This document shows positions 38,692 to 48,737 of a stretch of 64,000 nt of DNA, piece after piece. The position numbers and the translations under genes were made by a program. Source of the DNA: Treponema sp. Lineage in GTDB: Bacteria; Spirochaetota; Spirochaetia; Treponematales; Treponemataceae. Numbering within the stretch: the first letter of the stretch is position 1; each line of letters starts with the position of its first letter. A model generated the notes under the pieces. It did not search any database and was not told where the DNA came from. It was given only the letters and a program-made list of their open reading frames with translations. The stretch covers positions 49,709 to 113,708 of the forward strand of contig JAXDVS010000128.1 of the NCBI GenBank assembly GCA_034088785.1, in the 5' to 3' direction.

Positions 38692-39608
38692 AAAAAACAA
38701 CAGGAAGATTCATTTCAAAGAAACCGGCTTTTCTCGCGGCTTGCGCTTTTTCTTCAATGGCGTTCTTCTCATGCGCCACTCCAGCCCTTTTGACAGACGC
38801 TCTTTCATCGGCAGGAGAAATCGCTTCAAAGGCAGGATATTCCGACGCTGGAAATGTCCTGAACGCGGCTTCGTCAGCCTCAAAAGCGATGGAAGAAATC
38901 ACGCCTGAAAACGAATACTACATCGGGCGTGCGGTCGCGGCTACGGTTCTCACAAACTACAAAAAAGCGAACGCGGAAAAACAGCAGGCCTATTTTAACA
39001 AAATCATAAACACGCTTGCGATAAATTCGGAGGAAGCAGAGCCTTTCAACGGCTACCACGTTATGATTCTGGACTCGTCGGAAATAAACGCGTTTGCGAC
39101 AAGCGGCGGACACATTTTTGTCACAAAAGGGCTTTTCAGCACGGCAAAGTCAGAAGACGAGATTGCGGCGGCTCTTGCGCACGAGATGGCGCACGTCCAG
39201 CTGAAGCACAGCTTAAAGGCAATCAAGTCAGGCAGATGGACTTCTGCAGGAATTTCCGTTCTCAGCACGGCGGCAAAATTCTCAAACGCGGAGCTTGCGT
39301 CCTCAATGAACGACATTGTAGGCGACCAGATTTCAACAATGGTGAACAACGGCTACTCGCAGACTCAGGAATTTCAGGCAGATGAAAAAGCACTCACAAT
39401 CCTTGCAAACGCAGGCTACAATCCAAAGGCGATGATTGAAATGCTCAATTCTTTGAACGCGGTTCAGGGAAGCTCCGGCTCTGGAATGTTCAAGACGCAC
39501 CCGACACCAGAAAAGCGAATCGCAAAGGCGAGCAGCGCGCTAAAGTCAGTCTCGTCTCCGGCAGACACAAGCTCATACAGGAAGGCAAGATTTGCGCAGT
39601 CAAAATAA
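38688..39608 (+). CDS. M48-family metalloprotease lipoprotein
   Basis: Lipobox FFS-C, INAFA...GG, zinc motif HEMAH, EFQAD and THP...RI. Confidence 0.9.
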   Translation: MKKTTGRFISKKPAFLAACAFSSMAFFSCATPALLTDALSSAGEIASKAGYSDAGNVLNAASSASKAMEEITPENEYYIGRAVAATVLTNYKKANAEKQQAYFNKIINTLAINSEEAEPFNGYHVMILDSSEINAFATSGGHIFVTKGLFSTAKSEDEIAAALAHEMAHVQLKHSLKAIKSGRWTSAGISVLSTAAKFSNAELASSMNDIVGDQISTMVNNGYSQTQEFQADEKALTILANAGYNPKAMIEMLNSLNAVQGSSGSGMFKTHPTPEKRIAKASSALKSVSSPADTSSYRKARFAQSK

Positions 39609-41643
39609 AAATCCGAAAAAACATATCGTTCAGGCGGCAATTTCAGTGGCGGCGGTTTTCGCCGCTGTCTTTATTGTCTTTGCGTCGGGAATTCTCTCGT
39701 CCGCAGAAAAAAAGACTTATGACTCGCGGATGAGATTCTCGTCAAAGCGCACAGAAATTTCAGACAGAATCTCTCTTGTTCTTCTCGACCAGGAAAGCCT
39801 TGACTGGGCAAAAAAAGAGCGCGGCTGGAGCTGGCCGTGGCCTCGCGAAGCCTACGCTGAAATGGTCAGATATTTCAACCGCGCAGGAGCTTCAAGCCTC
39901 GCGTTCGATATGATTTATTCCGAGCCTTCAATTTACGGAAGCCGCGACGACGAGGCGTTCGCAAAAGCGAGCGAGGACTTCGGAAAAGTGATTCAGACTG
40001 TCTACTATGAAAACGAGGAAAGCAGCGATGGAACTTATCCGATTCCAGTTCTCAGAAATTCGGCGGCGGAAATCGGAAGCGTGTCGTCAAGCCTTGACAA
40101 AAGCGACCGCGTGGCGCGGAGAAACCTTCTCCATACAAACGCCGGAAACAAGGAGCTTTCTCTCGCGCTTGCAAGCCTGAAAACCGCTGGCGTTGAAACC
40201 GACAGCTCAGAGATTCCAGCCGCGAAAGAAGGCGGAATGTACATAAAGTACGTGGACGATTTGGCGCGCTTTGTTCCGTACAGCGCAAAGTCAATTCTGA
40301 TAAGCGAAGCGGTTCTGGAAGACGGCAATGAAAAAGAAACTGAGGATTTTATTCCGCCGGAGCAGTTCAAGGACAACTTTGTTTTCTTCGCCTTGTACGC
40401 GCCTGGGCTTTTCGATGTCTGCGCAACGCCGGTCTCGTCAACTTATCCTGGAGTCGGAGTTCACGCGTGCCAGCTCAACTCAATTCTGAACGGCGACTAT
40501 CTTCAAGACGTTCCTGATTTTGTTCCGGTCATTCTGATTCTGATTTCAGTTCTCGCAGGATTTATGCTCGCAAAGTCGGTTCATCAGGAAAAAAATTCCT
40601 CACTCGCGCTCAAAACTTTCCTTGCTGTCCTAATCTGCTTTGGCTACGCGGCGGCAAACTACGCGGCTTTCAATTCCGGCTACATTCTTCCGTTCATAAT
40701 CCCGATTTTCGGCTTTGTTCTCGCTTATCTAACGGCGGTCTTTGAGGATTATCTTACGGAAGGACATCAAAAAAGATTCATAAAATCCGCTTTCAAGCAT
40801 TATCTGAGCGCGGACGTAATCGAGCAGCTGATTGCAAATCCTGAGTCGCTTCATCTTGGAGGCGAGGAAAAGGAAATAACGGCTTATTTTTCCGATGTTC
40901 AGGGCTTCACTTCGATTTCTGAGAATCTAACGCCGACCGAGCTTACCGAGCTTTTGAACGTCTATCTGAGCGCGATGACGGACATAATTCAGGATTACGG
41001 CGGCTACGTTGACAAGTACGAGGGAGACGCGATTGTGGCGTTCTTCGGCGCGCCGGTTGACCAAAAAGACAACGCAAAACGCGCGGTTGACGCGGCATTG
41101 GCATGCCAGAAAAAGCTTGAGGAAATGCAGGAAGAGCTTGTGAAAGTCTCGAAAAAGCCTTTTATCCAGAGAATCGGTCTTAACACAGGAAAAGCGATTG
41201 TCGGAAACATGGGAAGCAAGACACGGTTCAACTACACGATGATGGGCGACACTGTGAACCTTGCAAGCCGCCTTGAAGGAATCAACAAGCAGTTCGGAAC
41301 TTACACGATGTGCTCGGAAGCGACAATGAAAAGCGCGCTTGAAAACGGCTCGGAATATGCGTTCCGACCGCTTGCGAATATCGCAGTTGTCGGCAAAAAG
41401 ACAGGCGTTAAAGTCTTCAATCCGATGACAAAAGAAGAATTTGAGAGAATGTCTGAAATTCGGAAAACCTACGATGACGCTTACGAAAAATTCACCACTG
41501 GAGATTTTGAAAAGGCAAAGGAGATTTTCGAGTCAAACGCGGAAAACGACCAGCCGTCCGCAAAATTCGTGGAGAAATGCCAGAAGATGATTTCAAATCC
41601 GCCTGAAAACTGGGACGGAATCTTGAGGGCGACAGAAAAATAG
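39592..41643 (+). CDS. CHASE2-domain class III adenylate/guanylate cyclase
   Basis: CHASE2 (WSWPWPRE, FDMIYSE, YPGVGVHA), 3 TM helices, and cyclase motifs FSDVQGFT, DKYEGDA, RIGLNTG and GDTVNLASRLE. Confidence 0.93.
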   Translation: MRSQNKNPKKHIVQAAISVAAVFAAVFIVFASGILSSAEKKTYDSRMRFSSKRTEISDRISLVLLDQESLDWAKKERGWSWPWPREAYAEMVRYFNRAGASSLAFDMIYSEPSIYGSRDDEAFAKASEDFGKVIQTVYYENEESSDGTYPIPVLRNSAAEIGSVSSSLDKSDRVARRNLLHTNAGNKELSLALASLKTAGVETDSSEIPAAKEGGMYIKYVDDLARFVPYSAKSILISEAVLEDGNEKETEDFIPPEQFKDNFVFFALYAPGLFDVCATPVSSTYPGVGVHACQLNSILNGDYLQDVPDFVPVILILISVLAGFMLAKSVHQEKNSSLALKTFLAVLICFGYAAANYAAFNSGYILPFIIPIFGFVLAYLTAVFEDYLTEGHQKRFIKSAFKHYLSADVIEQLIANPESLHLGGEEKEITAYFSDVQGFTSISENLTPTELTELLNVYLSAMTDIIQDYGGYVDKYEGDAIVAFFGAPVDQKDNAKRAVDAALACQKKLEEMQEELVKVSKKPFIQRIGLNTGKAIVGNMGSKTRFNYTMMGDTVNLASRLEGINKQFGTYTMCSEATMKSALENGSEYAFRPLANIAVVGKKTGVKVFNPMTKEEFERMSEIRKTYDDAYEKFTTGDFEKAKEIFESNAENDQPSAKFVEKCQKMISNPPENWDGILRATEK

Positions 41644-41679
41644 GATTCGGCATTTCTAATGGACTGCCTAAAAAATCAC

Positions 41680-41764
41680 AGTCATGCTGAATTCCGCTTT
41701 GTTTCAGCATCCTCACTAGATACAGCAGCTTCCGGGCAAAGCCCGGGGCAAGCCAGGAATGACG
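41680..41764. repeat. REP-like palindromes between convergent genes
   Basis: GTCATGCTGAATTCCGCTTTGTTTCAGCATC and ...CCGGGCAAAGCCCGG...CAGGAATGAC. Confidence 0.7.
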
Positions 41765-41789
41765 TTGTTGCAAGCGAAATGACTACGTT

Positions 41790-44087
41790 CTAATACAAAA
41801 GCTCGCGGACTGTTTCGGCTGGAGTTTTGCTTTCGTAAAGCCAGCCGTAAATTGCCGCCGCCGAAACAAGCTTTCTTCCGTATTCGCGGGTTTCGGAAAA
41901 AGGAAGCGTTTCAAGGAACAAGTCTGTCGGAATTCCGCAAGGCCCGCGCGGAGCGTTTCCTGTTGAAGCCGCCCAGTCCTTTTGAGCCGCGGAAATCCAG
42001 CCGCGCACATGGGTCAAGCCTGCGTTGTACGCAAAAAGCGCGAGAAGCTCGTTTTTTTCAGGAACGCGCCCAATCAGATTTGAAAGATAATGCGAGCCGA
42101 ACATCAAATTCGTCTCGGGATTTAAAATGTCATATTCTTCAATTTTCGCTTTTCTCGCCTCGTCCGCCGCTGTCGAGTCCATAAGCTGCGTAAGCCCGGA
42201 AGCCCCGGCATGGCTTGAAACTTGGCTGTCAAAAAAACTCTCGCTACGCACAAGCGCGTACAAAAGATATTCAGGAATTCCATTCTCGGCGCAGGCTTTT
42301 TCAATCTCGTTCTTGTAGAAGCGCGGAAAAGTCAGCTCCAGAAGCTCAAGAGGAATTTTTCCTTTAGCAGAATTATAGCCGCGCGAAGCGATTCTAAGGC
42401 TTTGAACGTTGTAGTCGTTCTTGTTTTCAGAATCCAAAAGAGCGCAGCGGTTCAAAAATCTTGAAGCGTTCACAAAGTCAAAAACCGAAAGAGAATCGCG
42501 GACTGCAAGATATTCCGTGTAGATTTTATGAGGAAAACCGAACGCCGCGTAGCCAGAAAGAAGTCGGCCCGCAGGCTTCTGCAAAGCTTCCGCAATCTCG
42601 TCAATTTCAGGAATTTTCTCCTTTGAAAGCATCATCGAGCGAATCATCTCGTCCTCGGAAAGATTCAGCCTTTCAAGCGCGCAAACCTTATAGTAAAGGC
42701 TTCCGCCGCCTCCAAGAACTTTCGTGAACGCATCGACCGTCTGCCGCGTCTTCAAGCCGTCCGCGCCTTTCGCAAGCCCTTCTTCAATCAGCCGGCCTGA
42801 AATATAAGCGTACTTTGCCTGAGTCTCCTCGCTGAAATTCGAATTTGTCTCCTTCCAGACCTCAAAAAAATCCTGCCACTTATGGCTTGAAAGCAGAAGA
42901 ACCGAAAGCGAGTCAAAAAAATCGTCAAAATAAGACGGGCTGTTGATTTTTGAGCCGTAAGTTTTCAGCGTGGAAATTATGTCGTCGGTCGAAGTGCGCA
43001 GCTGAAAGTTAAGAAGATACCAGAGGCAGTTGTCAAACTGGTTTCCGTCTGCCGCGTTTTCCAAAGCCGAGCGGAAGCGGCTTAAAGTCTGCGTCCTGTA
43101 GCGGCCAGCCTTGTCGTAAAGCCGCGCCGCGTAAAAATAAGCGTAAAACGCCTGCCTCGAATTAAGATTCTGCGCCATGCGGTCAAATTTACGCGCGGTC
43201 GCAAAATAGTCGTCAGTTCCGTAAAGCGCGGCTTTCCCAATGTCCGACAAAATCTGGCACTCGACTTCCTCGCCGAAATTGTCAAAAAACGAAAGAATCT
43301 TGTCGATTTGCCTGAAGCACTCGATATATTTCCGCCTGTAAACTGCAACGCGGTAGCCGATTATCGTCTGTCTCGGGCTTTCAATCTCCGAGTCCTCAGT
43401 GAAAAAATCCTCAAAATCAGTCTGCGGCTCCAAGACTTCGGAGACAATATCGCCATTTCTGTCGAATTCAGGAGCGGAAGAATGTTCAAGAATCCTGTAG
43501 CGGTCAAGGCTTTCCTGAAATTTTCTCGCGTGCTCCTGAATCCGCTCCAGCTGCCGAAATTCCAAGTCCTTGTAGCTCTGATAAATTTCAAGATGCTCAG
43601 ATGAAAGCGGGCGCGAGACAAACCATCTGTAAAACTCGCTTTCAAGGCGGCTGTCCTCTTTTTCAATCAACGAGAACATTCTAAGCGCAATCAGCTCGTT
43701 TGAGTCGTTCGCCAAGTCAAGTCCGTCTGTAATCTCGATTACTTTTGAAAATTCTCCGTCGCGGTAAAGCTCCCTGCAGGCGAAAATCTGCGCTTCCTCG
43801 TCCGCAAAATGCTCGGCAAGATAAACCGAAGATGAAATCCGCTCTTTTACGCTGCCCAAAAGCGTAAGCGACTCCGCGCTTCTCCGTGCGACAAGCTCGC
43901 TTCCTTTCTCGCGTGAAATCCTAAACTTGCGGACTGCTTCCTTTTCATCTCCAGAATCAGCGTCTTTCAATCCTAAAAAATAATACGAATCCTTTCCAAG
44001 CCTCTTCTGAGCCGCGCCGCCCACATCAACAGCCGAGCAAGAAGAAATCAAAAACAAGACAGCAAGCAGCACAGGGATTTTTTTCAT
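41790..44087 (-). CDS. Soluble lytic murein transglycosylase (SLT domain) lipoprotein
   Basis: Lipobox SS-C, a helical N-terminal region, and SLT motifs LVRSES.F, GASGLTQLM, LFAYNAG and ETREYG. Confidence 0.9.
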   Translation of the reverse strand: MKKIPVLLAVLFLISSCSAVDVGGAAQKRLGKDSYYFLGLKDADSGDEKEAVRKFRISREKGSELVARRSAESLTLLGSVKERISSSVYLAEHFADEEAQIFACRELYRDGEFSKVIEITDGLDLANDSNELIALRMFSLIEKEDSRLESEFYRWFVSRPLSSEHLEIYQSYKDLEFRQLERIQEHARKFQESLDRYRILEHSSAPEFDRNGDIVSEVLEPQTDFEDFFTEDSEIESPRQTIIGYRVAVYRRKYIECFRQIDKILSFFDNFGEEVECQILSDIGKAALYGTDDYFATARKFDRMAQNLNSRQAFYAYFYAARLYDKAGRYRTQTLSRFRSALENAADGNQFDNCLWYLLNFQLRTSTDDIISTLKTYGSKINSPSYFDDFFDSLSVLLLSSHKWQDFFEVWKETNSNFSEETQAKYAYISGRLIEEGLAKGADGLKTRQTVDAFTKVLGGGGSLYYKVCALERLNLSEDEMIRSMMLSKEKIPEIDEIAEALQKPAGRLLSGYAAFGFPHKIYTEYLAVRDSLSVFDFVNASRFLNRCALLDSENKNDYNVQSLRIASRGYNSAKGKIPLELLELTFPRFYKNEIEKACAENGIPEYLLYALVRSESFFDSQVSSHAGASGLTQLMDSTAADEARKAKIEEYDILNPETNLMFGSHYLSNLIGRVPEKNELLALFAYNAGLTHVRGWISAAQKDWAASTGNAPRGPCGIPTDLFLETLPFSETREYGRKLVSAAAIYGWLYESKTPAETVRELLY

Positions 44088-44263
44088 AAAATAATTTTAA
44101 TGGAAATAAAAACGTTTGAAAACGAGGCAAAAAACAGCAAAAACACAGAAAATAAAAAAAGGGAAAAGCAACCTTTTAGAAAAAGTTTTCTTTTCCCTTT
44201 TCAAATCCTTTTTTTTCCAAAAACGTGTGTAATTTCGAACTTAAAAAAGCACGTTGTCAACTC

Positions 44264-44532
44264 CGTCATGCTGAATTTATTTCAGCATCTACACTAGATA
44301 CAACACAGAGATTCCGAATCAAGTTCGGAATGACACTCAATTACAACAAAAAAAACTGCCGCACGGATGCGGCGGATAAGCGAAGAGAGAATTTTCGAAG
44401 AAAATTCTCGTTAGAAAGAAAACTAAAAAGCCTAGCCCACGGACGGGCTAAAAGCAAGTGAAGCTCTACAAAGCTGAGTTTTCGGAGAAAACTCGTTATG
44501 AAAGAGAAAATTACAGGATGTAATTTTCTCTT
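44264..44532. repeat. REP pair plus GGA-loop multi-hairpin module
   Basis: GTCATGCTGAATTTATTTCAGCATCT and GATTCCGAATCAAGTTCGGAATGAC, then GCCGC-ACGGAT-GCGGC, TAGCCC-ACGGAC-GGGCTA and GAAAATTAC-AGGAT-GTAATTTTC. Confidence 0.85.
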
Positions 44533-44537
44533 TCACC

Positions 44538-46244
44538 TTATTCCGAAGGAATCAAAATGTCTGTTCCCGAAATAATCAGGTCTGGATTCTTGATGTGGTT
44601 GTAGTTCGCGATTTTCGGATATTTCCACGGATTTTTATAATAAGAGTCCGACAAATCCCAAAGAGTGTCTCCCCAGCGGATATGATATTTCACGTCCGGC
44701 TTTTTCTCCGCTTTTGGAGCTGGAGCCGGCACAACTTTCTCAGGCTCTTTTGCGACAACAACCTTATCCTCAACCGCAGGAGCGTTCTCGCTTTCCTTTT
44801 CAGACACAACAATCTGAACCGGAGAGTCGTCAACAGGAGCGGCAGGCTCGGCATTTTTCGCGCCGTCATCAGGAAGCTCGGCAACCGCAGATTTTCCGCT
44901 GTCTGAAATTTCAGTCTTTTCCATATATCTCGTGTTGCGTGACTTTATCAGATTGTATTTTGACGGAACAATAAAAAGAACTAAGATTGTCGCAAGAACA
45001 CAAATCACCGCGCAGATTATGCAGATTACCACAGGAACGCGCGTCTTTTTCTCGCTGTCCTCGTCGTAGACCGAAGCATGCTCACCGTTCATCGTCTCCT
45101 TGTCGTACAAATCGGAAAAATCCATTGCAGAGCCGTTTGTGTAGCCCGCACCGGAATTTTCCGCAGACGGAGAACTTTTCAGGCTGTCAAGCGAAGCGTC
45201 CAAATCGGAAGTGTCAAAGTCATCGAGAGCCGAAGTGTCAAACGCGGTGTCAATGTCGCTTTCAGAAGCAGGCTTTGAAGCCAAAGCGGATTCAGACTTG
45301 AACTCGTCGTCATCAAAATCAGGCAAATCGCCGAAGTCAAGCCCGGTCGTGTCAGCAACTATATTGCTGGCCGCAATTGTTGCATTTCCGTCATCATTAT
45401 TTTTTTCAGCGTCCGCGCCGTTTTCAGGGATTTTAGTCTCATCGGAATCAAAATCGTCCGTGTCAAAATCAGGAAGGTCAAAATCGCCTGTTGAAGAATC
45501 TGAAACTGTATCATCGGCAACCGTTGCGTCGGAAGCCTCGTCAGGAACTGTCTCATCACCAGTCGGCACAGGGCTGTCAAAATTCATTCCTTCAAGAGTG
45601 TTGTCCGCAATTCCCAAGTCGTCGGCATTTTCAGAATTTGGAGAATTTTCCTCAGAATCTGCAGCAGGAACTTCTGTCTTGTCCGAATCGTCAAAGCTGA
45701 ACGGCATATTCTCAAGCGCGTCAGACTTTATCTCGGGCAAGTCGTCAGGAGACAAAGCCGCGTCCTTTTCTTCCTCCTCTGCAAGAGTGTCGTCCGCCAA
45801 GTCGTCAAAAGAATAATCCTCGCCGTCGGCTAAAAGCCCGTTCGCGCCGTCATTTTCGCCTGAACCAGACTTTAGAGACGGAGCAAAATCAGCAGGGCTT
45901 GCCTTTTCAGCAAGCGTCTTTGAAACGAGATTCACTTCCGTCTCGCTTTTTTTGCCGGTTTCAGGGTCAATCACCTCGGCAGAAAGATTGTTGTCCTCGT
46001 CAAGACCGAGCGAAAGATGAAGCTCCGGCTCGCCGTTCGGGTGCGGAACAAGCTTCGTCACCTCAAGCGTGTCAACGTATTCCGCGTCGTCCATCGAGCC
46101 AGTCTCAGAACGATACAAGTCAATCTGAACTTTTGTCTGATTGTCTTTCGCAGTTGTCAAATCCAACATTCTCTTTTTTGGAGTTCCCTCCTCGAGAATT
46201 GGATAAAATGTTCCATCTGCAAGTTTTATTCCGATTGTCTTCAT
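44538..46244 (-). CDS. Membrane protein: Hsp70-SBD-like N-terminus, long acidic linker, TM, C-terminal LysM
   Basis: TTAKDNQTKVQIDLYR...LDEDNNLSAE recalls the DnaK substrate-binding beta domain. A TM helix VPVVICIICAVICVLATILVLFIV follows, then LysM YHIRWGDTLWDLS..YY.NPWKYPKIANYNHIKNPDLI. Confidence 0.85.
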   Translation of the reverse strand: MKTIGIKLADGTFYPILEEGTPKKRMLDLTTAKDNQTKVQIDLYRSETGSMDDAEYVDTLEVTKLVPHPNGEPELHLSLGLDEDNNLSAEVIDPETGKKSETEVNLVSKTLAEKASPADFAPSLKSGSGENDGANGLLADGEDYSFDDLADDTLAEEEEKDAALSPDDLPEIKSDALENMPFSFDDSDKTEVPAADSEENSPNSENADDLGIADNTLEGMNFDSPVPTGDETVPDEASDATVADDTVSDSSTGDFDLPDFDTDDFDSDETKIPENGADAEKNNDDGNATIAASNIVADTTGLDFGDLPDFDDDEFKSESALASKPASESDIDTAFDTSALDDFDTSDLDASLDSLKSSPSAENSGAGYTNGSAMDFSDLYDKETMNGEHASVYDEDSEKKTRVPVVICIICAVICVLATILVLFIVPSKYNLIKSRNTRYMEKTEISDSGKSAVAELPDDGAKNAEPAAPVDDSPVQIVVSEKESENAPAVEDKVVVAKEPEKVVPAPAPKAEKKPDVKYHIRWGDTLWDLSDSYYKNPWKYPKIANYNHIKNPDLIISGTDILIPSE

Positions 46245-46322
46245 ATCTTTCCCCTGAAAGTCTGATTCTTAAATTTTTTCTGTCGCAATCTAAAAGTATT
46301 TTTTTATAACTGCCTTCTCAAT

Positions 46323-46402
46323 TGCCACACGGACGTGGCGAAAAAGCAATGAGAGAACCGAAGGTTCTCGTTAATAAAAAAATTACAGGATGCAATTTTT
46401 TT
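46323..46402. repeat. Short GGA-loop multi-hairpin module
   Basis: GCCAC-ACGGAC-GTGGC, GAGAACC-GAA-GGTTCTC and AAAAAATTAC-AGGAT-GCAATTTTTT. Confidence 0.75.
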
Positions 46403-47273
46403 ATTTGGCATTTGCCGAAGAAGCCGCGCTTGCGTTTCCATTGCCATATGAATATTCGGCAATTCCGGCAAGCTCGTTCACAGTTGTTCCGAATTTTTCA
46501 GCAACATTGTATGTCGTCTTCTTTGTGATGTTTCCGTTTGAGTCGTATTTATAGATGATTCTTACAGTCAGCTTGTTCTCAGCGTCGTAAGTCTGCTCTT
46601 CTGTAATCTGGTATGAAGCGTCAAATCTGAAAACTGTCTTGTGGGTGAGCTTTGCAGCCGGGTCAGAATAAGCGATTTCGGAAAGTTTTCCAGCGTCGTT
46701 ATAAGAATAAGCCGCTTTCTGCTCGAGAGAGCCGTTCGCATTGTAAGTCGCCACCTCGCCAGTTCTTCCTTTCTCGTCGTATTTTGTGATTATTTTTGAA
46801 AGAAGCGCGCCGTCGGCATTGTAATAAGACTCGTCAACCTGCTTTCCGTCAGAAATCTTCCAGATTGTCTTGTTCACGAGAGAGTCAGAAGCGTTGAATT
46901 CGGATTCCTCAGTTTTGTTTCCATTAGCATCGTATGAGCATGAGATTTTCCACTGGATTTTTCCGTCAGCGTCTGTGCAGACCTGCTCGGCAAGATTTCC
47001 TTTCGCGTCGTAAACATAGGCGATTCTATCGACAACCGCGCCCTTGCTTGTAAGCTCGGAAGACTCGGTTTCTTTTCCGCTCGCGTCAAAAACGTGGGAA
47101 TATCTCGCCTTTGGAGAACGGTAATAGTCTCCGAATTTCTCCGTGATTGTATATTCAGTTTTTGTATATTCCCTTTCTCCGCCAAGCGGCTTCAGCGAGA
47201 CATCATTATCAAAAGCGTAGAGACTTACCGCAAATCCAGCAGCCAATGCTGAAGCAAATAAAATTCTTTTCAT
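46401..47273 (-). CDS. Secreted YD/RHS-like repeat protein
   Basis: Signal peptide and about 23-aa repeats Y.YD..GN..E (YVYDAKGN, SYDANGN, KYDEKGR, SYNDAGK, KYDSNGN). Confidence 0.8.
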   Translation of the reverse strand: MKRILFASALAAGFAVSLYAFDNDVSLKPLGGEREYTKTEYTITEKFGDYYRSPKARYSHVFDASGKETESSELTSKGAVVDRIAYVYDAKGNLAEQVCTDADGKIQWKISCSYDANGNKTEESEFNASDSLVNKTIWKISDGKQVDESYYNADGALLSKIITKYDEKGRTGEVATYNANGSLEQKAAYSYNDAGKLSEIAYSDPAAKLTHKTVFRFDASYQITEEQTYDAENKLTVRIIYKYDSNGNITKKTTYNVAEKFGTTVNELAGIAEYSYGNGNASAASSANAK

Positions 47274-47393
47274 CTTTAATTCTCCCGGAAAAAAATGCTT
47301 TCCTTTTTCTTTAAATATCGGAATAATTTATGATAACTCAATAAAATTAAAAATCATATTTGACAAATTTTAATCTAAAAGAAGCGTGCAAAA

Positions 47394-48737
47394 ATGAAAG
47401 ACTTCACATCAGGCAAAATTTATCCGCAGCTTATAAACTATGCGATTCCTTTAATCCTCGGGAATTTTTTCCAGCTCACTTACAACGCGGTTGACTCGAT
47501 AATCCTCGGGCGTTTCGCAGGAAAAGAATGTCTGGCAGCCGTTGGAATCGCGAATCCTGTGATGAACATAATGGTCTTTTTGATTGTGGGAATCTGCCTT
47601 GGCGCGGGAATCATAATGTCGGAATTCTACGGCGCGCACGACGAGAAAAAGCTCAAAAGCGAAATCAGCACGACAATCGCAATCGGATTCTGCTTTACGG
47701 CTTTTATAAGCGTCATCTGCTTTGTTTTTGTAAAGCAGCTTCTGCGCGCAATCCGCTGCCCGGAAGACTTAATCGAGCATACGGCAAGCTATCTGAGAGT
47801 CGTCTTTGCAGGACTTGTGTTCACTTTCTTCTATAATGTGTTCGCTTCCGCGCTCCGCGCCGCCGGCGACTCAAAGTCTCCGATTATCTGCGTTGCAATC
47901 AGCGCGGTTTTCAACGGAATTTTAGACTATGTTCTCGTTGCAGTTTGCGGCTTTGAAATGCGCGGGGCTGCCTACGCGACAGTCGCCTCCCAGCTGATAA
48001 GCTGCCTTTTGATAATGGGCTACATCTACAGAAAAGTTCCGATGATTGCAATCCGAAAAAACGAATTCAAGGTTGACCGCTCGCTGATTTTCCGCACGGT
48101 GAACTACTCGTGGGCGACCGCCTTGCAGCAGTGCGTTCTCTACGTGGGAAAGCTTCTCGTGCAGTGCGCCGTGAATCCGCTCGGAGTTGACGCAATCGCG
48201 ACTTTCAACGCGGGAACAAAAATCGACGACTTCTGCTATCAGCCGACGCAGAGCATCGGACACACAATCACGACTTTCATGGCGCAGAACCGCGGGGCAA
48301 AAAAGCCGGCGCGCCAGCGTGAAGGATTCCTGAAAGGATTCTCGCTCGAATGGATTTATATCGCTTTCACAATCGTTCTTGTGATGATTTTCAGAAATCA
48401 GATTGTCACGCTTTTCGCAGGAAAGGACGAACCGGAAGTCGTAAGCCTCGGCGTCCGCTATCTTTTCCTGATGGCGTGCTTTTACATTTTCCCGGCGACA
48501 ACAAACGGAATCCAGTCATTTTTCCGCGGAACAGGCGACATCAAAATCACAGTAATCTCGACAACCGCGCAGATAATCTTCCGCGTCGCGTTCAGCTTTA
48601 TCCTCTGCCCGATTATGGGCGTGAACGGAGCCGCATGGGCCTGCCTTGCCGGCTGGATTGCAATGCTCGCCACGGAACTTCCGATTTTCTTCTTCGCATG
48701 GCGCAAAATGAAGCGGGCAATCAGGGAAGCTAGATAA
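47394..48737 (+). CDS. MATE family efflux transporter
   Basis: 12 TM helices with motifs YNAVDSIILG, LRAAGDSKSP, GAAYATV, FRGTGD and GAAWA. Confidence 0.93.
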   Translation: MKDFTSGKIYPQLINYAIPLILGNFFQLTYNAVDSIILGRFAGKECLAAVGIANPVMNIMVFLIVGICLGAGIIMSEFYGAHDEKKLKSEISTTIAIGFCFTAFISVICFVFVKQLLRAIRCPEDLIEHTASYLRVVFAGLVFTFFYNVFASALRAAGDSKSPIICVAISAVFNGILDYVLVAVCGFEMRGAAYATVASQLISCLLIMGYIYRKVPMIAIRKNEFKVDRSLIFRTVNYSWATALQQCVLYVGKLLVQCAVNPLGVDAIATFNAGTKIDDFCYQPTQSIGHTITTFMAQNRGAKKPARQREGFLKGFSLEWIYIAFTIVLVMIFRNQIVTLFAGKDEPEVVSLGVRYLFLMACFYIFPATTNGIQSFFRGTGDIKITVISTTAQIIFRVAFSFILCPIMGVNGAAWACLAGWIAMLATELPIFFFAWRKMKRAIREAR

